Shown here piece by piece: positions 28,431 through 37,915 of a stretch of DNA of 64,000 bases. Below the pieces are notes generated by a model. That model was given only the letters and a program-made list of their open reading frames with translations, was not told the DNA's origin and did not search any database. The stretch is from an uncultured delta proteobacterium (lineage in GTDB: Bacteria; Desulfobacterota; Binatia; HRBIN30; BPIQ01), in contig CAVXGR010000006.1 of NCBI GenBank assembly GCA_963761335.1, forward strand, positions 1-64,000. The letters are read 5' to 3'. The translations under genes and the position numbers were made by a program. Position 1 is the first letter of the stretch; every line of letters starts with the position of its first letter.

Positions 28431-29147
28431 ATGGCGGCCGCGAGAGAAGACTGGGCGAGCAATCAGGGCGTGCGCCTCCACTATCTGGAGAGTGGCGATC
28501 GCGGTTTGCCCCACGTATTCCTTCCCGGGACCTTCGGCTACGCCGAGGACTATCTTCCCGAGATGCAGGCGCTGGCGCCGCGGCGCTGCGCCGCCGTCAG
28601 CCTGCGGGGTCGCGGTCGGAGCGATGTGCCTGCGAAGGGCTACGCGTTCGAAGACCACGTCGCTGATTTCGCCGCCATTGCCGAGAGCTTCGGCTGCGAC
28701 CGCTTCACCCTGATGGCGTACGCGATGGGCGCAACCTGGGCGCTCGGCTATGCGCTGCGATGCCCCGAGCGGGTGGCCGGGCTGATCCTCGGCGACTACC
28801 CGGCGCGCTATCGTGCCCTCAAGCCGGGGTGGGGGGATCGCGCCGTGGCCGCCATGCCGGATCGAGCCAATCCCGCGGTGGCGCGCGCCCTCGAGCGCGA
28901 TTCGTTCGAAGTGGACATGTGGGATCGGCTCGGCGAGATCCGTTGCCCGGTGCTCATCCTGCGCGGTGGGCAGCCGGGGGCTCTGGTCACCGACGAGGTC
29001 GCCGCCAGGTACCGGCAGCATCTCGAGCGGATGAGATTGGTCACGCTGCCGCCGAACGGTCACGAGCTGTGGAAGCCGGATTTCGACGGATACATCGGCG
29101 CGGTCGGTGACTTTCTCGCGGAGCTCGACCCGCCGTCGTGGCTTTGA
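28431..29147 (+). CDS. Alpha/beta hydrolase-fold protein (nucleophile position Ala)
   Basis: FLPG, LRGRGRSD, AYAMGA elbow, PERVAGLIL, CPVLILRG, NGHEL. Confidence 0.8.
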   Translation: MAAAREDWASNQGVRLHYLESGDRGLPHVFLPGTFGYAEDYLPEMQALAPRRCAAVSLRGRGRSDVPAKGYAFEDHVADFAAIAESFGCDRFTLMAYAMGATWALGYALRCPERVAGLILGDYPARYRALKPGWGDRAVAAMPDRANPAVARALERDSFEVDMWDRLGEIRCPVLILRGGQPGALVTDEVAARYRQHLERMRLVTLPPNGHELWKPDFDGYIGAVGDFLAELDPPSWL

Positions 29148-29148
29148 T

Positions 29149-30414
29149 TCAGCCGCTGCCGACCTCGGAGATGGCCGGCATGAACTTTCCGGAGGGCGCC
29201 CGGGGGATGCGTGCCAGCCGCTCGAATTGGAGGGCGAGCCGTCCACCGAGAATTTCCTCGAATCCGACCTGGACCGCGAGGCGCTCCTCGGCGTTCAGCT
29301 CGCGGCAGGCGACGTAGCGGACGAGGAAGCGGTCCGCGGTGCGCTGCACGATCTGATACTGCTGCAGCACCGGCTGCAGCTTGAGCACGTGAAGCAGGTT
29401 CCAGGGCACCAGCAGCTTGCCGCGCGCGTCGACGAAGAGGTTGATGGAGCGCCCGATGATTCGCCCGATCCTCGGCAGACCTCGCCCGCAGCGGCACGGC
29501 CCCTCGGCGGCGACGGCGTAGTCGCCGATCTCGTAGCGGACGAGCGGCATCAGGCGATTCTCCAGCGTCGTCACCAGGACCCTGCCGACGGCGCCGGGCG
29601 GAACCGGATGGCCCGCCTCGTCGACCAGCTCCACCACCACGTGCTCGGCGTTGACGTGATAGCTGCCGGCGGGGCACTCCCAGGCGAGAAACGCCTCGGT
29701 GGATCCGTAGTTGTCGGCGATGCTGACGCCGAGCACGGCCTGGACGCGCTCGCGCACGGCGTCGTCGAGCACCTCGGAGCCGGTGAACACCTTGCGCAGA
29801 GCAGGGAGGCGGCGGGAGCCGGGCTCGAAGAGCGGCAGCAGCCCCTGAAGGTTTGCCGGATAGGTGTAGAGATAGCGCGGATTCAAGCGCTCGAGCCAAG
29901 CGGCCTGCGCCTCGAAGTCGGTGACGTGAGAGAAGAAGTGACTCCCCAGCAGGTGCGGCTTGTGCACCAGCTCGTCGTCCGGGCTCTCCGGGCGCACATG
30001 GATGATCCACGCCCCGCGCCGCAATGGATCCCAGCCGTTCTCTCGCAGATAGCGGGCGCGGGCCGCGAATCGCCCTCGCTGGTGCGAGAGGTCGAAGAGA
30101 AACGGCACCGGCATACCGGTGGAGCCGGAGGTCCGGCTGCTGAGGAAAGGGACACCGTCCGGGTGGAGACGGCGCACGCTGCCCTCCAGCTCGCCGACCT
30201 CGGCGCGTGGCAGAGCGGGAAGCTCGCTGAGGGCCCGTGCCTTCGGCTTGTCACCGAACCGTTCTCGGTAGAAGGGGATGCGCGCCGCGGCCTCGAGTGT
30301 TTCGCCGAGATGAGCCGCGACGTGAGCGCGAAGCCGCTCCTGCCCCCAGTACTGCGAGAAGTGGAGTCGCACATAGGCGGGTGCGGCTCCGAGAAGCGTG
30401 TTGGCGCGTGGCAT
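29149..30414 (-). CDS. Phenylacetate-CoA ligase-like (PaaK/CapK family) adenylate-forming protein
   Basis: RTSGSTGMP, DNYGSTE, MPLVRYEIGD, CRCGRG, IPRAPSGKF. Confidence 0.85.
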   Translation of the reverse strand: MPRANTLLGAAPAYVRLHFSQYWGQERLRAHVAAHLGETLEAAARIPFYRERFGDKPKARALSELPALPRAEVGELEGSVRRLHPDGVPFLSSRTSGSTGMPVPFLFDLSHQRGRFAARARYLRENGWDPLRRGAWIIHVRPESPDDELVHKPHLLGSHFFSHVTDFEAQAAWLERLNPRYLYTYPANLQGLLPLFEPGSRRLPALRKVFTGSEVLDDAVRERVQAVLGVSIADNYGSTEAFLAWECPAGSYHVNAEHVVVELVDEAGHPVPPGAVGRVLVTTLENRLMPLVRYEIGDYAVAAEGPCRCGRGLPRIGRIIGRSINLFVDARGKLLVPWNLLHVLKLQPVLQQYQIVQRTADRFLVRYVACRELNAEERLAVQVGFEEILGGRLALQFERLARIPRAPSGKFMPAISEVGSG

Positions 30415-30551
30415 CTCAGTGGCGTAGCTTCGATGTTTGCGCCGCGAACGCAAGTCCCGTGGGAGGAGCTGGCGGCCGGGGGCCGCGCTCGCAGCTGCGT
30501 TGATGGGTGTCCAGTGCGGGGGTATTGTCCGCGGTTGAAAGGAGAAAGACG

Positions 30552-32828
30552 ATGCGGAAGAGAGCCGTGCTCGGACGGACGATGGCGGAGTCGGCGCCGA
30601 CTTTCGAGCCCTTGCCGCGGCCGCGGGAAGGCGCCCCCAACGTCGTGTTGATTCTCCTCGACGACCTCGGCTTCGCCCAGCTCGGCTGCTTCGGGTCCGA
30701 CGTCGAGACCCCGGCGATCGACGGCGTCGCCGCGGCCGGCCTGCGCTTCAACCGCTTCCACGTGACGGCGTTGTGCTCGCCGACCCGCGCCTGCGTGCTC
30801 ACCGGACGCAATCACCACGCCGTCGGTATGGGATTCCTCACCGACATCCCCATCGGCCTTCCCGGCTACAACGCCCGCATTCCGCAGAGCGCCGGCACGC
30901 TGCCACGGCTCCTGCGCGATGCCGGCTACAGCACCTTCGCCGTCGGCAAATGGCACCTGGCACCGCGCTGGGAGCAATCGGCCTCGGGGCCGTTCGACCG
31001 CTGGCCGCTCGGCCTCGGCTTCGAGCGCTACTACGGCTTTCTCAACGGCGACACCAACCAGTGGACGCCGGAGCTGGTGCGCGACAACGCCTTCGTCGAG
31101 CCGCCGCGCCGCCCGGAAGACGGCTACCACCTCACGGAAGACATGGCCGACACGGCGATCCGCATGATCCAGGATCAGCAGCAGGCCACGCCGCGGAAGC
31201 CGTTCTTTCTCTACTTTGCGCCCGGTGCCACGCATGCGCCGCACCACGCGCCGCCCGCCTGGATCGAGCGCTACCGCGGCCGCTTCGCGGATGGCTGGGA
31301 AGTCTGGCGCGAGCGCGCCTTTGCGCGGCAGCGCGACGTGGGAATCGTGCCGGCGGAGACGACCCTCACCGAGCGCCCGCCGTGGGTTCCGCCCTGGAGC
31401 GAGCTGCCCGCCGAGCAGCGCCGGCTCTTCGCCCGCGGCATGGAGGCCTTCGCCGGCTTCCTGTCGCACACCGACGCGCAGATCGGCCGCGTTCTCGGCT
31501 TTCTGGAGACTCTCGGGGTGCTTGACGAGACGCTGGTGCTGGTGCTCTCGGACAACGGCGCCAGCGCCGAGGGCGGCCCGATCGGCTCGCTCAACGAGCA
31601 CCGCTTCATCCACGACCGAATCGACGACATCGGCGACACCCTGGCGCGCATCGACGACCTCGGAGGCTTCCGCGCCTACAACCATTATGCCTGGGGCTGG
31701 GCCTGGGCGGGCAACACGCCCTTCCGCCTCTGGAAGCGCTACACATGGCTCGGCGGGGTGCGCACGCCCCTGATCGTTCGCTGGCCGAAACACATCACCG
31801 GCGCCGGCGATGTGCGCCCGCAGTTCTGCCACGCCATCGACCTGATGCCGACGATTCTCGAGGCGGCGGGAGTCGAGGCGCCGGAGACTCTGGCGGGAGT
31901 GACGCAACAGCCGCTCGACGGCGCCTCACTGCTGCCGCTGCTCGGCGATCCGGTGGCGCCGGCGCCGCGCTCGACGCAGTACTTCGAGATGCTGGGAAGT
32001 CGGGCCATCTACTGCGACGGCTGGAAGGCGACCACGGACCACGTCGGCCCCCAGCTCACCGTCGAGCTCGAGCGCGTTCCGGGTAGCCACGACCTCGACG
32101 CGGATCACTGGGCGCTCTTCGACCTGCGCGAGGACTTCGCCGAGGCGCGGGACGTCGGCGCGCAGCATCCCGAGCGCTTGAAGGCGATGACGGAAGTCTG
32201 GTGGATGGAGGCGGGACGCAACAACGTGCTGCCGGTGATGGATTCGTTTCTCGGACGCGTCACCGCCCTCGAGCCCTCGCCCTGGGGCCCGCGCTGGCGC
32301 GCGGTGCTGCGCCCCGGCGGCGGTCCGGTCTCGGAGGACGCCTTGCCGCCTCTCGGCGGCGGCTTCCGCCTCCTCGCAGAGATCGAGGTCGGTGCCGGCG
32401 CCGCGGGTGTCCTGTGCGCCTTGGGCGACTGGAACAACGGCTGGGCGTGGTATCTCCTCGAGGGCAGAGCGGTGATCACCTTCAACCTTCTTGGCGAGGT
32501 CTTTCGCTATGCCGCCGCGGAGCCGCTGGCGGCGGGCCGGCACGCGCTGGTGGTCGAGTACGACTGGTCGGGCAAGACCAGTCAGATGAGGCTGGCAGTC
32601 GATGGGGAGGTCGCCGCCGAAGGGCCATTCCCGCGCCGCATGCCGCTGCGCTGGCAGATCGGTGGCGCCGGGCTGCTGGTCGGCCGCGACCGGGGCTTCC
32701 CGGTGTGCGGCGATTACCAGCCGCCGTCTCCATTCACCGGCACCATCGAGCGGCTGGTGCTCGAGGTCCCGGCGCTTGCCCCGCGCGATGCGGTGCAGGA
32801 GACGGCGGCAGCCCTACATCGCGAGTGA
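30552..32828 (+). CDS. Arylsulfatase (Cys/formylglycine type, AtsA-like)
   Basis: PNVVLILLDDLG, CSPTRACVLTGRNHH, GKWHL, SDNGASAEGG; AGGAG RBS. Confidence 0.93.
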   Translation: MRKRAVLGRTMAESAPTFEPLPRPREGAPNVVLILLDDLGFAQLGCFGSDVETPAIDGVAAAGLRFNRFHVTALCSPTRACVLTGRNHHAVGMGFLTDIPIGLPGYNARIPQSAGTLPRLLRDAGYSTFAVGKWHLAPRWEQSASGPFDRWPLGLGFERYYGFLNGDTNQWTPELVRDNAFVEPPRRPEDGYHLTEDMADTAIRMIQDQQQATPRKPFFLYFAPGATHAPHHAPPAWIERYRGRFADGWEVWRERAFARQRDVGIVPAETTLTERPPWVPPWSELPAEQRRLFARGMEAFAGFLSHTDAQIGRVLGFLETLGVLDETLVLVLSDNGASAEGGPIGSLNEHRFIHDRIDDIGDTLARIDDLGGFRAYNHYAWGWAWAGNTPFRLWKRYTWLGGVRTPLIVRWPKHITGAGDVRPQFCHAIDLMPTILEAAGVEAPETLAGVTQQPLDGASLLPLLGDPVAPAPRSTQYFEMLGSRAIYCDGWKATTDHVGPQLTVELERVPGSHDLDADHWALFDLREDFAEARDVGAQHPERLKAMTEVWWMEAGRNNVLPVMDSFLGRVTALEPSPWGPRWRAVLRPGGGPVSEDALPPLGGGFRLLAEIEVGAGAAGVLCALGDWNNGWAWYLLEGRAVITFNLLGEVFRYAAAEPLAAGRHALVVEYDWSGKTSQMRLAVDGEVAAEGPFPRRMPLRWQIGGAGLLVGRDRGFPVCGDYQPPSPFTGTIERLVLEVPALAPRDAVQETAAALHRE

Positions 32829-32840
32829 TCCCGGCGCCGA

Positions 32841-33374
32841 TCAGCTGCCGGGCGGTGGCGGAGGCAGACCGGGCGGCGGCGGCGGAATGTCTGTGGGCGC
32901 CATGCGGCGCGGCGGCGGCGGGGGCGGACGGCGGGAATTCGCCGAGACCGGAATCTGGTTGCCCTTTGCGTACATGCACTGCATGTACGCGACGTCGTAG
33001 CGGTGCTGCACCGTCCAGCCGGCGCGGGCGGCGTTGTTCGCCCCTACGGCGCTGCCGCCGAGCAGGCCCACCCCCGAGCCGACGGCAGCCCCGGTCGCCG
33101 GATTTCCGGTTGCCGCGCCGATCGCCGCACCGCCAGCGGCGCCGAGCACCGTGCCGATGGCGGCATTCTGGATCGCCGTGTCATTCACTGCCCGGTTGGC
33201 CGAAATTCCGCTCTGCTGCCCGGCCCACTGGCGACAGATCGAGTCGTCAGCTCTGAACTGCTCGAAGTTCTTGCCGCTACCGGGCAGTACCATGACGCTC
33301 GGTCCGCTGGGGATCGACGCCGCGCAGCCGGCGAGCAGCATGCCCGCGATCGGGAAAAGCCACAGATTGCGCAT
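32841..33374 (-). CDS. Glycine-zipper lipoprotein
   Basis: Lipobox LAGC, GTVLGAAGGAAIGAATG, YMQCMYAKGNQIP, Pro-rich tail; GAGGAG RBS. Confidence 0.85.
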   Translation of the reverse strand: MRNLWLFPIAGMLLAGCAASIPSGPSVMVLPGSGKNFEQFRADDSICRQWAGQQSGISANRAVNDTAIQNAAIGTVLGAAGGAAIGAATGNPATGAAVGSGVGLLGGSAVGANNAARAGWTVQHRYDVAYMQCMYAKGNQIPVSANSRRPPPPPPRRMAPTDIPPPPPGLPPPPPGS

Positions 33375-33389
33375 GTTCGTTCTCCTCGG

Positions 33390-33842
33390 CTACTGCGGCG
33401 CCGGCGGCACCTTGATCCACGCCTCCGGACAGGTGGCGACGTCCGGGTAATAGGCCTTGGCGCTGGCGCAGTAATACCAGTAGCCCTGTGGCTGCTGCGT
33501 CTCCGGTGGCGGCTCGATATAGACCGATGGACCCTGATCGGCGGGAGGAGAGGAATAGGCGGGCGGATAATACGCGTACGGATACGGATACTCCCCCCAG
33601 AAGGGAGCGCCGTAACCCCACCACCAGGGGCTCCCGATGACGATTCCGCCACGCCAGTGACCGTGCCAGCCGCCTCGGTAGGAGCCGTGCCAGCCGCCTC
33701 GGTAGCCGCCGCCCCAGCCGCCGTGGTAGGCGCCGTGGAAGCCGCCTCCGCGCCCGCCAAAATGGCGACCGGCGGCGCTACTCGGAGCCGCAGGGATGAA
33801 GAGCAGAGCGCCGACGAGGAGCAAACCCGCTAGCTTTTTCAT
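33390..33842 (-). CDS. Secreted Gly/Trp/His- and Tyr/Pro-rich hypothetical protein
   Basis: Signal peptide, GGWHG repeats, YWYYCASAKAYYPDVATCPEAW; co-oriented with the glycine-zipper gene. Confidence 0.75.
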   Translation of the reverse strand: MKKLAGLLLVGALLFIPAAPSSAAGRHFGGRGGGFHGAYHGGWGGGYRGGWHGSYRGGWHGHWRGGIVIGSPWWWGYGAPFWGEYPYPYAYYPPAYSSPPADQGPSVYIEPPPETQQPQGYWYYCASAKAYYPDVATCPEAWIKVPPAPQ

Positions 33843-33997
33843 GAAGCCGTTCCTCAACCAGCTAAACGCCGCCGCCCGCGCAAAGTTGCGCCACTCGCGA
33901 GAATCGAGTGCCAAGAATCACTTGACGCCTGTCGCCCGGGGAGTAAATGGGTGTGAGGGGCTGGGGTGCGCCCCGCGGGCCGAGGCGGGCTTACGAG

Positions 33998-35647
33998 ATG
34001 ATCCTGCGACGAGCTGTGATTCTGGCATTCGCTCTACTGGCGTTGCCATTGTTGTTACCGGGCGTGGTGAGAGCCGACAAGTGCCGGAGCGGGTGCGGCA
34101 GCAGCGGCCGTGTCTGCGCCATGCAGGTACGCATCGGAATGGCCGCCTGCATCCGCGGTTGCGCCAGCGGCGATGCCGGCACCGCATGCCGATCGGAGTG
34201 TCGCAGGACGGCGCTCGCTGATCGTCTCGCCTGCCGGTCGCAGCTCATGGACTGCACCACCAGCTGCTCGCCGTCGATGCTCGGTCCCGATAGCGCCGGC
34301 GTCTGTCCGCCGGCCTGCGGAGTGGATGCCCGGACCTGCGCGATCGGCACCCGCCGCGCGGGTGTCGCCTGCGTTCGCGCCTGTCTCCAGGGTCCGCCGA
34401 GTCAGGCGGCCGGCTGTCTCGGCGGCTGCGCCGCGATGCTGCGCGACGGCGCTGCGAGCTGCGCCGCCCACATCCAAGGCTGTCTCGAAGGCTGCGGCGG
34501 GCAGAAAGAGGGAGCCTGCTTCGACACCGTCAGCATGCAGTGCACGGCGCAGCTCTGCGGCCCACAGCAGCCGTGCGTCCAGCCGAATGAGTTCTGCTCA
34601 CCGCGCTGCGCGCCCGCGCCGCCGCTGGGCCAGTGCTTCGACACCGCCGCCATGCAGTGCACCGGGCAGGCGTGCTCGAGCGATCAACCCTGTGCGGCCA
34701 GCCAGGTCTGCCTCCCCGAGTGCCCTCCGCCGCCACCGGCGGGCAGATGTTTCGACACCGCGACGCGCCAGTGCACCGACGAGACCTGCTCTCCCGGCCA
34801 AGCGTGCTCTGCCGCCGGTCAGGTCTGCACGCTGCAATGTCCACCGCCGATTGCGCCGTGCGGCGGCGATACCTGCGGCGGCCGCTGCTGGGTTTCGCCA
34901 TGTCCACCGGGTGTTCCGTGTCCGGCGCTCTCCGCGGCCCAGCTCGGGCAGTGCGAGATCAACTCGGCGGGCAGCTGCGCGTGTATGCCGTTCGCGCCGC
35001 CGACGCCGACGCCGCAATGCGGCGGCGACACGTGTGGGGGTGAGTGCGTGATCTCTCCTGCGTGCCCGCCGGGCGGCCCGTGCCCGGAGTTCCCGTCTCG
35101 GCTCGGGCAGTGCGAGATCGGTGCGTCAGGGAGCTGCGCGTGCGTGCCGTTCGTGCCGCCGACGCCGACGCCGCAATGCGGTGGCGATGCGTGTGGGGGT
35201 AGGTGCATCATCGCGCCGGTCTGCGCTCCGGGCGTGCCATGTCCGCAGTTCGCCGCCCTCGGAGAGTGCGAGACCAGTGCATCAGGCAGCTGCGCGTGCG
35301 TGCCGTTCGCGCCGCCGACGCCGATGCCGCAATGCGGCGGCGATACGTGTGGGGGCGAATGCGTGATCTCTCCTCCGTGCCCGCCGGGTGGCCCGTGCCC
35401 GGAGGTTCCCTCTCGGCTCGGGCAGTGCGAGATCAGTGCGTCAGGCAGCTGCGCGTGCGTGCCGTTTGCGCCGCCGACGCCGACGCTGCGGCCGGTGAAG
35501 ACGCCGCCGCAGCCGTGTGCAGCGGATGCGGACTGCGCCGACGACAACCCGTGCACCGCCGACCGCTGCCTGGCGGGCGCATGCGTTCACGACTGCCTCT
35601 GCGTCGGTCCCCTCGACTTCTGCGGGCCCGGGCCGGCAGGCCGGTAG
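33998..35647 (+). CDS. Secreted cysteine-rich repeat protein
   Basis: Signal peptide, 3 CFDT..xQCT repeats (34517, 34634, 34748), 4 CGGDxCGG...GSCACxPF repeats (34859, 35018, 35177, 35333), C-terminal DDNPCTADRC. Confidence 0.8.
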   Translation: MILRRAVILAFALLALPLLLPGVVRADKCRSGCGSSGRVCAMQVRIGMAACIRGCASGDAGTACRSECRRTALADRLACRSQLMDCTTSCSPSMLGPDSAGVCPPACGVDARTCAIGTRRAGVACVRACLQGPPSQAAGCLGGCAAMLRDGAASCAAHIQGCLEGCGGQKEGACFDTVSMQCTAQLCGPQQPCVQPNEFCSPRCAPAPPLGQCFDTAAMQCTGQACSSDQPCAASQVCLPECPPPPPAGRCFDTATRQCTDETCSPGQACSAAGQVCTLQCPPPIAPCGGDTCGGRCWVSPCPPGVPCPALSAAQLGQCEINSAGSCACMPFAPPTPTPQCGGDTCGGECVISPACPPGGPCPEFPSRLGQCEIGASGSCACVPFVPPTPTPQCGGDACGGRCIIAPVCAPGVPCPQFAALGECETSASGSCACVPFAPPTPMPQCGGDTCGGECVISPPCPPGGPCPEVPSRLGQCEISASGSCACVPFAPPTPTLRPVKTPPQPCAADADCADDNPCTADRCLAGACVHDCLCVGPLDFCGPGPAGR

Positions 35648-35741
35648 GAGCCGGCGATTGGGGTTGCGCCGAAAAGTAGCGTGCTTCGAAAATCTGTTGG
35701 GTGACGGTCTGGCGCAGCCCCGGCGCTTGGGGTGGAGATTA

Positions 35742-35990
35742 TCGCCCCGGAGGGGCGCGGGCATGTAGCCCCGGGTGCCAACCCGGGGACCGCGTTCCGA
35801 TTGCCCAGATCAGCGCCCCGGAGGGGCGCAGGCGTAGAGGCCGCGTGAATCACCTCGATGAGCTTCCCACGCACCCAGTGGTGATCATCGACGAAATTTT
35901 GCCCGCGCCCCTGGCGGGGCGCCTATGACGGACCGTGCACTTTTCCCCGGGTTTCACCCGGGGCCACACGCCACCGCCCCTCCGGGGCGA
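35742..35990. repeat. REPIN/MITE-like element of the same family as 23768-23924
   Basis: 16-bp terminal inverted repeats tcgccccggaggggcg...cgcccctccggggcga, with internal gtagccccgggtgccaacccgggg and cgcccctggcggggcg. Confidence 0.8.
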
Positions 35991-36151
35991 ACTTCGCCGA
36001 GGCCAGAACCGCCAAATCTCTTCCCGGGTCAGAACCCCGGCCTCATTTTCATCGTCTGCTGGCGAGCCGCAAGGCTCATGAGGCAATGTCCCCCACGTCT
36101 TCTCATAGCCCGGCCGCAGCGCTACTGTCGGCCGCCTTGGAGGGATCGCTC

Positions 36152-36760
36152 ATGTTGAAGCTCTACCATTCCGCTCAGTCGCGCTCGGGTCGGCCACGCT
36201 GGATGCTGGAGGAGATCGGTGCGCCGTACGAGCTGGTGCGCCTCACCCTCTCGGCCAAGGACCAGAAGAAGCCGGAGTACCTGAAGCTGAACCCCAATGG
36301 CACCGTGCCGACGCTGGTGGACGACGACCTCGTGCTCTTCGAGTCGGCGGCGATCGTGCAGTACCTCGCCGACAAGTTTCCCGAGAAACGCCTGGCGCCG
36401 CCGCTGAACACGCCGGCGCGGGGCAAGTACTACCAGTGGATTCACTACGCCATGAGTGGCGTCGAGCCTCCGGCGCTCACCATCTTCCTGCACACGGTGA
36501 TGCGGCCCGAGGAGCAGCGCATCCCGCAGCTGGTGACCGAGGCGCAGGCGCAGCTCGCGGCGGTGACCAAGGTCGTCGACGATGCCCTCGCGGGCAAGGA
36601 GTACATTCTCGGCAGCGAGTTCTCCGGCGCCGACGTCATGCTCGGCAGCACCCTGAGCTGGTGCATGATGATGGGCGCCATCGGCGCCGATCGCGCCAAC
36701 GTGCAGGCGTATCTCGGGCGGCTCTCGGCGCGCCCGGCCCTGCAGCGCGCCTCCGACTGA
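36152..36760 (+). CDS. Glutathione S-transferase family protein
   Basis: RSGRPRWMLEE, LNPNGTVPTL, LFESAAIVQYL, FSGADVML; GGAGG RBS. Confidence 0.92.
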   Translation: MLKLYHSAQSRSGRPRWMLEEIGAPYELVRLTLSAKDQKKPEYLKLNPNGTVPTLVDDDLVLFESAAIVQYLADKFPEKRLAPPLNTPARGKYYQWIHYAMSGVEPPALTIFLHTVMRPEEQRIPQLVTEAQAQLAAVTKVVDDALAGKEYILGSEFSGADVMLGSTLSWCMMMGAIGADRANVQAYLGRLSARPALQRASD

Positions 36761-36795
36761 GCGGCCCCCGGGGTCAGGGCGATTTCGAGAGCAGA

Positions 36796-36845
36796 GTAGA
36801 AGCGTCGTCCCGGCGCTTCCCGAAGCGGCGAGACGCCGCTTCTAC
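36796..36845. repeat. GTAG-type REP doublet, copy 1
   Basis: gtagaagcgtcgtcccggcgcttcccgaagcggcgagacgccgcttctac. Confidence 0.85.
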
Positions 36846-36971
36846 TTTGGCCCGCGTCGTGCGCGGCGCGGTAGTCGTGGAAAATCACTCCGCAATCCGC
36901 TACAACCCGCGGCGCAGCGCGGGTCTGCGGTTTTCCCGCGCCTGCTGCCGATCCGAGGAGCCTCCACAGCC

Positions 36972-37097
36972 ATGGCGCAGCGAGCCGAAGACGAGTCGTT
37001 TTTTCCCAAAGGGGCGATCGCCACGTTCGCGGCGATGATCGCCTTCTACGTCGTTCTCTGGTCCATCCTCTATCTCATCATGGCCCAGCGCGGCTGA
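36972..37097 (+). CDS. cbaD: ba3-type cytochrome c oxidase subunit IIa (single TM)
   Basis: MAQRAEDESFFPKGAIATFAAMIAFYVVLWSILYLIMAQRG*, matching the PKGA...W...Y...RG pattern of subunit IIa. GAGGAG RBS; first gene of the operon; not in the ORF track. Confidence 0.8.
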   Translation: MAQRAEDESFFPKGAIATFAAMIAFYVVLWSILYLIMAQRG

Positions 37098-37112
37098 GCC
37101 ACGGCACCGTCC

Positions 37113-37889
37113 ATGGATCGAGCTGAGAACATCGCCCTCTTCATCGCCGGCACCCTGATGACGCTATTCTTCGCGGCCCTGGTGTACTCGGCCGCCGGCC
37201 TCGACATCTCGCTGCCGACCTGTGTCACCGACGTCGCGCCCTTCAAGCAGGGAAAGGTGATCGACAAAGGCGACAATCACTACGAGGTGCACATGGTGGC
37301 CAAGATGTGGGCCTTCGACCCACCGGAGGTGCGGCTGCCGCCGGGCGCCGACGTCGATCTCTACCTGAGCGCCCTCGACGTCACCCACGGGCTCTACATC
37401 GAGCATACCGACGTGAACCTCATGGCGGTGCCGGGTGCCGTCAACGCGGCGCGGGTGCGCTTCGACCATGAAGGCGAGTACCCGGTGATCTGTCACGAGT
37501 ACTGTGGCCTCGGACATCAGAACATGATGGGCAAGTTCATCATCGCCAGCGGCGCGGCGGTGCCGCCGCCGGCGGCGGCAGCAGCGGGCGGAGCGGCGCC
37601 GAGCAGCGTTGCGGAGCTCGGCAAGCAGCTGTTCGCAGACAAGGGGTGCGTCGCCTGCCACACCGTCGACGGCTCGCCCGGTGTCGGGCCGACGATGAAG
37701 GGAGTCTACGGCCACGAGACGCAGATGGAGGACGGCTCCGCGGAGCTCGCCGACGAGACGCACCTCGAGGACGAGATCCGCGAGCCGAACAAGCACATCG
37801 TCAAGGGATTTCAGCCGGTCATGCCGGAGCTGCCGCTCACCGGCGAAGAGGTGAAGGCGCTGGTTGCCTACCTCAAGACCCTGTCCTGA
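37113..37889 (+). CDS. cbaB: ba3-type cytochrome c oxidase subunit II (CuA) with C-terminal cytochrome c
   Basis: DVTHG, CHEYCGLGHQNM CuA motif, CVACH heme c, VKGFQPVMP. Confidence 0.9.
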   Translation: MDRAENIALFIAGTLMTLFFAALVYSAAGLDISLPTCVTDVAPFKQGKVIDKGDNHYEVHMVAKMWAFDPPEVRLPPGADVDLYLSALDVTHGLYIEHTDVNLMAVPGAVNAARVRFDHEGEYPVICHEYCGLGHQNMMGKFIIASGAAVPPPAAAAAGGAAPSSVAELGKQLFADKGCVACHTVDGSPGVGPTMKGVYGHETQMEDGSAELADETHLEDEIREPNKHIVKGFQPVMPELPLTGEEVKALVAYLKTLS

Positions 37890-37915
37890 TCGGGGCGGTT
37901 GCGGAGAGCATCTCG

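Noticed and set aside
33655..33745. gtgccagccgcctcggtag repeats
   Set aside because: Intragenic GGWHG/YRGG repeats of a secreted Gly-rich protein.
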